Shown one piece after another: positions 24,549 through 34,832 of a DNA stretch of 64,000 bases. The notes under the pieces were generated by a model that saw nothing but the letters and a program-made list of their open reading frames with translations, was not told where the DNA came from and did not search any database. The stretch lies in the NCBI GenBank assembly GCA_013239625.1, contig MU054413.1, forward strand, positions 5,598,861 through 5,662,860. Direction: 5' to 3'. Each line of letters begins with the position of its first letter. Positions within the stretch are counted from its first letter, which is position 1. This DNA comes from Lama guanicoe (Eukaryota). Position numbers and translations under genes: made by a program.

Positions 24549-24615
24549 CTCCGCCTCCTCCTTCTCCTCCTCCGTCTCCTCCTCCTCCTCTTCCAGTCCC
24601 GCCGCCGCCGCAGCC
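24549..24615 (+). repeat. Imperfect (TCC)n tract followed by (GCC)n
   Basis: ctccgcctcctccttctcctcctccgtctcctcctcctcctcttccagtcccgccgccgccgcagcc seen directly. Confidence 0.9.
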
Positions 24616-24618
24616 AAC

Positions 24619-24657
24619 ATGGCTGCGCTCCTGAGCCCGGGAGGCGGCCGCTGCTGA
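24619..24657 (+). other. Upstream ORF (MAALLSPGGGRC*) in the DLG5 5' leader
   Basis: gccaacATGG strong Kozak (-3 A, +4 G), TGA at 24655-24657. Function depends on the TSS lying upstream. Confidence 0.55.
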
Positions 24658-24702
24658 GCGCCGCTCGCCGCCCGGGCCCCCAGCCCGCCCAGGCCCCGGC
24701 CC

Positions 24703-24738
24703 ATGGCCCCCGCGGCCCCGCGGCTCGGGGCGCGCTAG
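24703..24738 (+). other. Upstream ORF (MAPAAPRLGAR*) in the DLG5 5' leader
   Basis: cccATGG, TAG at 24736-24738, ending 114 nt before the main ATG. Confidence 0.55.
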
Positions 24739-24852
24739 GGCTGCCGCCAGCGCTCGCCGCCCCGAGGCGCCCGGGGCCCGCCGCCGCCGCCCGCCTGCCC
24801 GCCGGCCTCGGGGAGCCCGGGAGCCGTCCGGCGGGGCGGGGCGGCCGCCACC

Positions 24853-25156
24853 ATGGAGCCCCAGCGCCGGGAGCTGCTCGCCCAGTGTCAGCAGAGCCTG
24901 GCTCAGGCCATGACGGAGGTGGAGGCCGTGCTCGGGCTGCTCGAAGCCGCNNNNNNNNNNNNNNNNNNNNNNNNNNNNNNNNNNNNNNNNNNNNNNNNNN
25001 NNNNNNNNNNNNNNNNNNNNNNNNNNNNNNNNNNNNNNNNNNNNNNNNNNNNNNNNNNNNNNNNNNNNNNNNNNNNNNNNNNNNNNNNNNNNNNNNNNNN
25101 NNNNNNNNNNNNNNNNNNNNNNNNNNNNNNNNNNNNNNNNNNNNNNGAGGGCGCCG
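24853..25156 (+). CDS. DLG5: Discs large MAGUK scaffold protein 5, first coding exon (N-terminal CARD-like region). Partial gene; the middle of the exon is N-masked.
   Basis: Translation MEPQRRELLAQCQQSLAQAMTEVEAVLGLLEA matches the mammalian DLG5 N-terminus as I recall it. Perfect Kozak GCCGCCACCATGG. After the Ns, GAG GGC GCC G falls at codons 99-102 (EGAG) as expected, then the donor GTGAGT at 25157. The exon CDS is 304 nt, phase 1. Confidence 0.96.
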
Positions 25157-28100
25157 GTGAGTATCAGACCCCCGCCCGGCCTCTGGGACCCGCCTTCCAC
25201 GACCTCTCTTTCCGGTTCTCTGAGGGGGAAAGTCGCGAGGGTCACTCATCTACCTGGCGCTGGCCGCGGGGAGAACCTTCCCTCCTTCAGCCCTCCTGGA
25301 GAGGGGGCGAGGCGTGGACCCCGCACTTCACACCTCCTTCCCCAGTCCCGCCCTTGCTGTGAACAATGCCCGGCACTGCAGGCCTTGATCCTCCAGGTGC
25401 AGAGGCAGCTGGGTCCTCACGAGAGCATTAGGTCCAGCCTCGGGACGACCTTGGAGGGATGTCTGTCAGCCCCTTTTCTAAGGCTCTTCGCCATCCACCA
25501 ACCCTTTGAGAGCTTCTGCTAGCCTTCGATCAATGATACCGTCTGGAAGAACAGAACCTGGGCCAGGGCTGGGACTGCTGAATTTAGCTCCCTCGCACCC
25601 TGTTTCAGGACCTCTTGTGCCTTTGCACTTTCTGCTTTCCTCAGCTCCCTCTGCCCAGAGCTCAGTCTGTTTGCTCGCCCAGACTTGTGGTTGATTATGC
25701 ACAATGCCTGCTAGGTTTCTTTGGAAACTGTGGGCCGGAAAAGTTGGGGAAGTTGCATTGCACCATGGGAAAATCCTAGTAGTAGCTGCTGGGGCTCAGA
25801 GCCCTCCCTGACGGTTCCGAGCTGCCTGAGGAGGGAAGGCTGGTAGCTGGTCCCCTTGGATGGTGGGTGACGAATTTGTGAGTCATGTGTCAGAGGGGTA
25901 CTGTTGGGAGTTAGTGTAAGTGGTAAGCTTGGTCTGGCCTGTTGGAGAGTGTGGAAAGCCAGCTTTTAGACAAGAGCTGAGGAAGAAGGCATAGCACTGA
26001 GGAAGGAAGAGAACCAAAATTTATTGGGCACCTACTGTTGTGGCAGGCACTCTTTTATCGCACTTAATTGTTACCACTCTGTGAGCTATTATTCTTACTT
26101 TGCCAGAGAGGGAACTCCAGCTTGGAGTGGTTAAATTGCTCAGCGTTTTGGGCGCCAGGAGTTTTCAATTATGATCTATTGTTTTATTTAACCCATCGGG
26201 AGCCAGGAAGCAGCAAGTGCCACCTTTTCTATGTCTCATCCTCGCTTTAAGAGTGAATGCAGAGGGCTACAAACTGCCTTTAACAACTTGTAGGCTAAAG
26301 GTTGATGAGACCCGTTTATTTGGCTGTTAAAAGCCTCACCTATTAAGGAGATGGCTTTATAAGCTCTTCCTGGTAACAGCTCTATTGGATATTGGCCATC
26401 TCAACCAGTTTTTATAGTGAAGGAAACTGACAGAGACTAAACTGCTGGGTACCCAGCACATCATTTCATTGGTGGTCCTTCTGTCTCCACTTTGGGTTTC
26501 TGACTCTAGCATTTCTGTCTCTCAAACCTTTATTGTCTTCCAATTATGAGTGTATGTGAGTTGCTGGGCAAATCCAGTCCTCTCTTGGGATGGTGCTTTG
26601 GAAGCTGCTAAGAACTGTTAGATGTGGCCATGAGGATAAGGACAGAGGGAAGTCTCATCAGGGTAATTTTTTTTTTTAAATTGCCTTTCTGTCTATCCAT
26701 CTCCATCTTTTGAAGGAGGAAGTTGATCCAGGAAGCACAGAACTTAGAGTGCAGACTAGAGTCCTCGTTGGGATGTGTTTGAATCAGCACTAGCTTTAAT
26801 CTCTGGAAGAGATGATGAATTGCCATTAATTAGACCCCTTCCTCTTCCATGCCTAGTGGAGAAGGTGGGCCCTTACAGGACTGACATTCTAGAAGCTATC
26901 CCTGACTTCTAAAGGAAGGGATAGAATAGGGTATGGATTTTATCCTCGAGGGCAGGATTTCAGATGCTAGTGTCACCACAGCGCAGAGTTCTGTAGCCTT
27001 TCAAGGGGAAGTTAAGTTCATTTTAGTTAGTACTTTAGAAAAAAATTACAGTAGCATTGGTCTGATTAGACATCATGTAGAGCTTCTGGGAATGAGGGGT
27101 GACACTGTGTAGAAGTAGACTACAGAGTGTTGGGATCTTTGTAAAGGATGAATTACAGTGCAGTGGTTTTCCAACTTTTTTTCTTATTAGCCAGAGAGCC
27201 CTTTTATGGGGCAAAGCTCAGTGCATAAAGGAGCTGCTCAGGTTGAAGGGATGGAAGCACCTGTCTCATCCTGGAGGAGCCAAAGTCAGGGAAACCCAGT
27301 ACCGTGTCCTGGTCTTTGCTCTCCGAGCAGTTTCTACTCTGTACACAGGCTCACAGCTCTGCTTATAAGTCAGTCTTAGTGCAAGGCTCTTGCAGGAGCC
27401 TAAGAGAGAAACCGATTGGCTTCCCAAGGATCCCCAGCCTGAAGGGGAGGCCCCTTTGTCACCATCTCTACCTAGGAGGTGTTGCCATCACCTGCTTAGG
27501 GTCTTCCTTGGTGGATTCTACATCTCATGTGGGCCCCGGCCCAGAATGCCCATCCCCTAGCTGGCACTTGTGTGCTGTGGGAGTTTATTGTGCTGCAAGT
27601 GCATGGTGTCTAGCAACTCCCCACATGGGGCCTGGAACTGGGAGGAGACTGGCCTGGGTAAGCCAGACTGGGCGGGTAAGCAAATCAAGCTCATCTGTTC
27701 TGCTCATGCTCAGTTAGAGCCCCATTTATAATCCACCATGCTCAGGTCTGGGGTGTGAAGGTGACTAAGGTAACACAATGTTTTATTTTGGGGGACAAGG
27801 GAACTTGTATACTAGGATTAATACTACATTGCTATTGAGCATTTTGTGTCTCATCACATACTTTAATATCTCAATTAATTCTGTGGCACCCAGTGGCATG
27901 AGTGGTGCCTTTTCTGCATGAAACTGGGCTCTGTGCCCCTATCTGTGAGGTCTGAGGACAGGCCAGAAGTTACTGGACAGAAAGGAGCTGGAGTCAGGCT
28001 AAGCACAATGCTCCTGATTCCATGTTGGGGGCAGTTTTCTCTGTTACCTGGTTTAGCCCTCCCATTACAGTTTTCAGGCCATTTCCTGCATTGGGGAACT

Positions 28101-29499
28101 TCTGGAATTTTGTAAGTTCCTTGCCCCACTACATGGATCTGTAAGGAAGGAGTGAGAACCTTTGTTCCCACCGGTGCGAGAGAGAGGAGAGAGCTATTCT
28201 CTGAGTGGCTCATGTCTCGGGTTTTTTCTGCGGTTGTACCAGAATCTTGTTTGTTCACTTGGAACCCACGCTGTCCTTTGTTTTTTTTTTTTTTTCCCTC
28301 TTTGATTCAGTTGCTAACATCTGGATTTTCTCACTTGAAGGTCCTCGACCACCTGGCCCTGAGCTTCAATGTCTTATCCTGTGAGATGGGGCTGGGGTGC
28401 TCCATGGCCTGCCTCAGCCACTGGGAGGCAAAATGTGATTGGGGAGGACTGAAGTGCCTGCTCCTGTGCTTGCTCCAGGTGGAGTCAGGTGCAGACAGGG
28501 AGTGCATAGGATGTAATTCCAGCCTGCAGCTTGCCCTAGTTGGGGGAATGGGACACTCAGGAGGGTGACATTATGAGACAGATCAGTTGAGTGATACAAA
28601 TAGAAACAGGCTTTTTCTTCCTTTTAAAACTGTCGACTACATGCTTTCTCCAAATACTCTCATCTACCTTTTGTGCCCCTAATGAACCTAAATGTGGAAG
28701 GCTCCCCAAACTATTTTCATACCAGGCCTCTCTCGAGAGGCAGAGGTGGTCACTATCTGCTTGCCCTCTCTACTTTGTGCTCAGAGATGAATGTCTCCTC
28801 GTCCCCTCTGTGCCTCCTCTTTAGTTTCCTGGAGAGCTGGCTGACTTGGCTTCACTAGTATTAAGAGGGTGGAGACAACAGCATCTGGTGGAGAAGCTGA
28901 GGAAGGCTTCGAGGAGAGGGACTGGGGCTTGAGCTGGGTGTTGAAGAGGCGCTTTGAGCATGCAGAGGGAAAGGAGGAGGATGTGCTGGGCAGAGGAGGC
29001 TTAGCCGTGAGAGGAGCAGTGTGTTTTCAGGTTGCAGGGATTAATTAGACCAGCCTGAGTGAGCAAGGGATTGGCATTGGTGCTGGGTGGGTGGGGATGC
29101 AGAGCTCATCTGAGGGACCATGATGGCTAGGCTGAGCAAGGAGTTTGCATGTCACTTGGAACTGAGGCATTGTACACTTGTCAGAAGTTAAAGCTGGAGG
29201 AATTTTTTTTTTAAAGGAATAAACCTGCTAGGCATTTCCAGCAGGATGAGTGCAGTTGGCTATGGATTGTCAGGTGTGGTTTTTCTATTATTCACTAATG
29301 GTTACCTGGGCCTTTTGTTATCTCCCTGCTCTTCAGGTACCAGCCATCTTTTCTTCATCCATTCTGCCCTTGATGGTCATAAGTAAAAGCACCAAACATT
29401 GTAGTTTTTCTTCTGGTTCGTTTAATTGTGTTATTGTGGAGGAACTTGAAAGTTATGGTTGAAAAGTTTTCTGAGAGAAATACAGATTTTATTTATCCC

Positions 29500-30010
29500 T
29501 CTGTGTATTAGTTCAGGCACCTTTATTGCAAAGGACAGAAACTTAGCTCAAGTTCTGTGTTAAGCAGAAAAGAGAAATTTTTTTGGTAACTATTCCAAAA
29601 CCTTGGGATGGATTGGAGAAAGTAGCCTTTGGGTGACTGATCCTGAATAGCATGGGCTTTTGCCATGGTCCTGGAACATGACCTCTGGTCCCTGTGAGCT
29701 TCATCTTTATAGTCCCTGACCAGAGAATAAAGGGAGCGCTGTCCAATCAACCAGGCAGAAAAGTCTCATGGGAGAATCCTGATTGTCCTGACCAGTGTCA
29801 CGTGTCCATGTGAGACCCAGTCACTGGCTGGGGCTGCAGGACTAATACTCGCCCAGCAGTGGATCCAACCAGTGGGGTCCTGTGATGGGGTGCTGTGATT
29901 GGCAGCTCACATAGTACCATCTGGTTCTTTAAAGTGGGGAGAAGCAGTTCTCCAGGGGGAAAAAGAGCAGAAAGGATGTTGTGCAGGTAAAACAGTAGGT
30001 GAATGTCTGC
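29500..30010 (-). mobile_element. Old MaLR LTR (MLT1K/L-like)
   Basis: tgtgtattagttcaggcacctttattgcaaaggacagaaac...ctgattgtcctgacc...tcacgtgtccatg...ccagtcactggctgggg. Confidence 0.6.
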
Positions 30011-31679
30011 TACGTGTGGTCCCATCTTTGTGCAAAGATATGATTTACAAATGAGGTCATTGTTGGGGTGGGGTGGTGGGGAGAGGTGGTCAGACTTCAC
30101 TAGGTTTTAGACCTTGAGCAAGCTGCTTAACCTTTCTGAACTTTCTCTTTCTCTGCAAAATAATTGAAACAATAACTGCTTCACTGTGCTGTTTGACAGT
30201 CTGTGGTAAGAAAAAGGGAGGAGCATTTATTAGTGTGGTGAGCAATGCAGCCAGGACCCAACCTTAGAACCAGAATCCTGGGGTTCTTCTGATACTTCTG
30301 AGGGTTATGTGAGGGCTCCTTGTAAAATATGCTGAGCCGATGTCAGGGTTTCTTTTGCTGTGACTGTGGGTCATTAAGTGTAGAATGTGATCTCCGTAGC
30401 TACATTGGCTGTTGTATTCCTAATGCTTAGAATAGAGCCTGGCCCAAGATGGGCATTCAGTAAATTTCTGTTGAACGGATGACTAGTCAGCTGTGTGTAG
30501 ACTGAGTGATGTGTCCCTGTGTAAGTCCAGATCCTCTTCAGAAATACGTGCAGATTCCTAAGTGGTGACTTCCAGTGACAGAAACCTATGGGAGTGCAGG
30601 AAGGCTAAAGTGAGTTCCAGATGCACACATGGATGTCACCCCCCCCCCCGCCCCACAGTATGTCTGTGATGGAAGCAGGTGGTGTGACATTGATGTCTGA
30701 CGTCTCCAAGGTCACCCGTCAGGTACCAGCACTGTGGGGCTGGCTGCCAGGAACCATGTGGAGCGACCACATTGCCTATTGTAGGATTGGAGAGCCCTTC
30801 CCTTTTTGCTTGTAGAATTTGAATGTCAGTTTGGTGTCCTCTAAAGAGTCTTGGATGGGAATTTGCTACTAACTGTGTAACATCTTGACCTTGGATGAGC
30901 CTCTTAACGACCTGGGGCTTGTTTTTGTTTTCTCCCCCCTCCCCACACCCAGTAAAAAGATAGAAGAAGTTTAGCATTGACTGGGGACTTCCTCAGTCCT
31001 GTAGGGTTCTCAGCACTTCCGAGGTGGCATTAGGTCCAAGGAAACTTGGTGATGGGGTTGGGGTAGATTTTGGCTTCTTCCAGCTCTGTACCATGATTGC
31101 GGTTCTCTGATTTGTTGTTAGTGTTGAGTTTTTTTTTTTTTTTTTGAGAATCTGGCATTCTATTTCCTGAAAAAGTAAGCAGTGTAGGAGAAATGTTTTG
31201 TCTCAGTTTTTTGGTTCTGCCTCATTTCAGCCACCTGTACATTCTGCAGGCCTTTGTGAGGCGGCGCTCTAGTTTTTTCCTGTAACCTTGAAGACATATG
31301 AGCCACAGAAACAGTGGGTGTAGAGCAAGCGATCTGAGCTGCCTATCTCGGTCTGTGCAGCAGGGATGCCGAACGTGCTCAGTGGGGAATTTTAAGTAGA
31401 ATTGAGTTGGGGGGATATTGCATCTTTTTTCACCTTTACCCTGGGGCAGATTGAATATACCTGAATTCTGTGTCTCTGTTGTTCTTTTTGAGACAGAGTT
31501 CCACGAAAGTGCTCCAGAAATATTTTAAATGAAACAGATGTTTAGAGTGTTCCATATTGACTGTCCAGATCTGAACCCGAGGTGGATACGTTGCGAGGTG
31601 ACAGTTGACCTTGATGTTTGTTTCACACTAGTGGATCATAACCCATTTTCTTTGTAGTGTTGTTGGTTTGGTTTTTTTT

Positions 31680-32670
31680 TAACACTGTGGTAAAATAGAC
31701 TTAGCGTAACATTTACCATTTGAACTATTTTTTCCTGTTTTTTAAATTGTGGCAAATAATGGGAAATNNNNNNNNNNNNNNNNNNNNNNNNNNNNNNNNN
31801 NNNNNNNNNNNNNNNNNNNNNNNNNNNNNNNNNNNNNNNNNNNNNNNNNNNNNNNNNNNNNNNNNNNNNNNNNNNNNNNNNNNNNNNNNNNNNNNNNNNN
31901 NNNCCCCATTCTCCCTTCCCCTCAGCCCNNNNNNNNNNNNNNNNNNNNNNNNNNNNNNNNNNNNNNNNNNNNNNNNNNNNNNNNNNNNNNNNNNNNNNNN
32001 NNNNNNNNNNNNNNNNNNNNNNNNNNNNNNNNNNNNNNNNNNNNNNNNNNNNNNNNNNTTTTACAGCATATATCAGAATTTCCTTTATTTNNNNNNNNNN
32101 NNNNNNNNNNNNNNNNNNNNNNNNNNNNNNNNNNNNNNNNNNNNNNNNNNNNNNNNNNNNNNNNNNNNNNNNNNNNNNNNNNNNNNNNNNNNNNNNNNNN
32201 NNNNNNNNNNNNNNNNNNNNNNNNNNNNNNNNNNNNNNNNNNNNNNNNNNNNNNNNNNNNNNNNNNNNNACCATTCTACTTTGTTCTAAGANNNNNNNNN
32301 NNNNNNNNNNNNNNNNNNNNNNNNNNNNNNNNNNNNNNNNNNNNNNNNNNNNNNNNNNNNNNNNNNNNNNNNNNNNNNNNNNNNNNNNNNNNNNNNNNNN
32401 NNNNNNNNNNNNNNNNNNNNNNNNNNNNNNNNNNNNNNNNNNNNNNNNNNNNNNNNNNNNNNNNNNNNNNNNNNNNNNNNNNNNNNNNNNNNNNNNNNNN
32501 NNNNNNNNNNNNNNNNNNNNNNNNNNNNNNNNNNNNNNNNNNNNNNNNNNNNNNNATCTCTTTGAGGCCTTCCTTTAAGTTCTTTTGGTTATATATCCAC
32601 AAGTAGAATTATGGATTTTGTGGTAATTCTGTGTTAATTTTTTGAGAAATCTTCATACTATTTGCTTTGA
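31680..32670 (-). mobile_element. L1 3' fragment, largely N-masked
   Basis: gtggtaaaata...atttaccattt, ccccattctcccttcccctcagccc, ggttatatatccacaagtagaatt...ggtaattctgtgttaattttttgag. Confidence 0.7.
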
Positions 32671-33115
32671 GTTTTAATTAAGGAAATTCCCTACTGTCCA
32701 TGGCACCTTGACTCAGGGGTAAGTGACCTGACTGGAGTCCCAGTTCCAACATTTTCTTTTTTCTTCTAAAAATTGTGTTTTTTTTTCCCTCAAGACTCAT
32801 TTTGGAAAGTCTCAGGACAGTTCCTCTGGACTTGAAATAAAGATTTTAGTTTCAGTAGTCATCTGTGACTCTTTTGAGGGCAGAAGTTGTTGACCATGGA
32901 ATCCCAGCAGCATTCATATTTGGCAGCCAGGGGATGTTCACACATTTCCTTCGTGTTTCCAGTACTAATATCTCCATCCCCAAAGGCCTTGAAGTATGTT
33001 AGTTATTTCCCCTTTGTAGACACTTGCTGCTTATCCCATTCAGGGTTGTTTTGGTTTTATAGACTTGAATCCAGGGTAACTGACTGTCAAGATTTTCTTT
33101 AGAAAGGCCTAGATC

Positions 33116-33390
33116 AGCACCTCCCAAGGAAATATCTTCTAAACAGTAGTTTGGTGGGGTGTCAATGGTGTTATTTGTAAAAGGGTTTTGTGGTCAAGTG
33201 CGTTTGAGCAGGACACTCAGGCTCCTTTACTGGGAGCCTCTCAAAGTGCCAGTGAGCCAGTGTGCTTTGGGACTTCACCGAAGTGGGTTCACTATGCAGC
33301 ATTTCCCAAACTAATTTGACTACAGAACCCTTTTCCATTGAGCATCTTGCAACATCAGTGTTCTGAGAAGTGCACTCTTGGGAGACTTCA
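33116..33390. mobile_element. hAT-Charlie non-autonomous DNA transposon (Charlie18-like)
   Basis: Internally inverted structure: aaaagggttttgtggtcaagtgcgtttgag versus tttcccaaactaatttgactacagaacccttttt; ends cagcacctcccaag / cttgggagacttcag. Confidence 0.6.
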
Positions 33391-34698
33391 GCATTAGTGC
33401 ATGGAACTGGAACATCAATTTGTACCATCATTTTTCCAGTTTTCCTCTAGGTCTTTAATTCAAGGAACCAAAGCCATAAATGTTCCTATTCTTTTAAATT
33501 CTGATAGTAGCTGAAATGAGCGTATGTGATTCTGGGGCCAGTAGGGGGATAGGTTGATCATTTAGATGTGTAGTGGATTCTGGGACCAGCAGACTTTTTC
33601 GGTGTGTGATCTGGCATAAGATGTGTGACCTCTGGGTCTCAGTTTCCCTAATGTTGCTCAACAAGGCTGGAGTCTTGTTCGTGGTGATTATTCTTTGAGA
33701 TAATTAAAACGTCTTACCATCTTCTCTAGGACTAGGCTTTGGTCCATAGTTGGAGTTTCCAGGAGAACCTAGGAAGGATGTGTTGAGACCTGTCCTGGTG
33801 ATTTGGTGACTGCAGGTCTGGGACTGGTTAACTTCTGGGCATGTCTTTCCTGAGCCCTGGGGTGTTGTTGGACTGGGGAGCAGGAAGATGGTCTCTGCCT
33901 TGAGAGCGTTAAGTTACTTCTGGGAAAATGGGTGACACAGATCAGTGACCCAAGGGACCCAGCATCGTTGGTGGTTTTGGAGCTAAGCAGCAAGGCCACA
34001 AGACTAGAGAGGGCTGAGTATTATGAACCTAGTCTTGCAGACTCTACAAATTTTTTTTTTTACCCCTACAAATTTAAATCTTAACTCTTCCGTCGTAGGC
34101 TGTGTGACTTTAGCAAGTTACTTAACCTCTCTGGGTTTTCTTTTTCCTTATCTATTAAAAGACTAATAGTATTCTCCTTCTAGGGCTTTGATGAGGATTG
34201 AGGTGATTCATGTGAGGAGAGGGCAAGCTACTACCGCTGCTTCTGCTGTTGGGGTGGCCTGCCCTTGAGTGGAGAGCCAGTTACCTTCCTGTCCTTGCAA
34301 ACAGGAGGTGTCACAGGGCACAGGCCATTATTGGAATTAGAAAGAGAGATGCCGAAAGGAGAGTCTAGAATGTGCGTGGACCAGGAGGCCCATACTCCCA
34401 GGGCCACTCAGAACACACTTTCACAGTGCTCTGGTCCTGGAGCCTGCAATTATGGAGGGCATTGCCATGAGCTGTGAGGAGTTTGGCTCCAAAAGGACCT
34501 TGGAAAGAGTTATTTTTACAAAAAGGAAACTTAGAGGGGCTTGGGTGCCTATTTTCAGATGGACACGAGCAGGTGATAAGACCCAGTTCTTTCTGACCCC
34601 AGAGAGCAGAACATGGGCTGACTGAGAAGATGTTGGGAGGTAGAATTGAGCTCAGTGTAAGGGAAGACCTTTCTCCTTTCTTCTTTGTTTTCATTTTA

Positions 34699-34832
34699 TT
34701 TACTCATTTTTTTTTGAGAGGGGTTAGGTAATTAGATTTTCTGTTTATTTTAATGGAGGCACTGGGGATTGAACCCAGGACCTCATGTATGCTAAGTATG
34801 TACTAGACCACTTGAACTATCTCCCCACCCCT
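34699..34832 (-). mobile_element. Vic-1 SINE, copy 7
   Basis: ggtaattagattt...ggaggcactggggattgaacccaggacctcatgtatgctaagtatgtactagaccacttgaactat. Approximate TSD ttg(t/c)ttcatttta at ~34685-34698 and ~34834-34847. Confidence 0.88.

Larger units (their letters stand above)
24000..25330. promoter_or_regulatory. DLG5: CpG island / DLG5 promoter and 5'UTR
   Basis: Very GC- and CpG-rich against a CpG-poor background. GC boxes (ggggcgggg ~24155 and ~24833), a YY1-like CAACATGGCTGC at 24615-24626, no TATA box seen. Surrounds the first coding exon. Confidence 0.92.

Noticed and set aside
23945-25249. Long minus-strand ORFs (434 aa and 431 aa) and other ORFs overlapping the CpG island
   Set aside because: Stop-poor GC-rich DNA plus read-through of the N block. 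Low-complexity R/G/P/E runs come from the (TCC)n repeat, and they lie antisense to the real DLG5 exon.
25157-25362. Continuation of the 24853 ORF to 25362 (169 aa)
   Set aside because: Similarity to DLG5 stops at a consensus GTGAGT donor at 25157; the rest is intron read-through.
31636-32606. ORFs of 108-285 aa
   Set aside because: Composed almost entirely of N-derived X residues within an L1 fragment.
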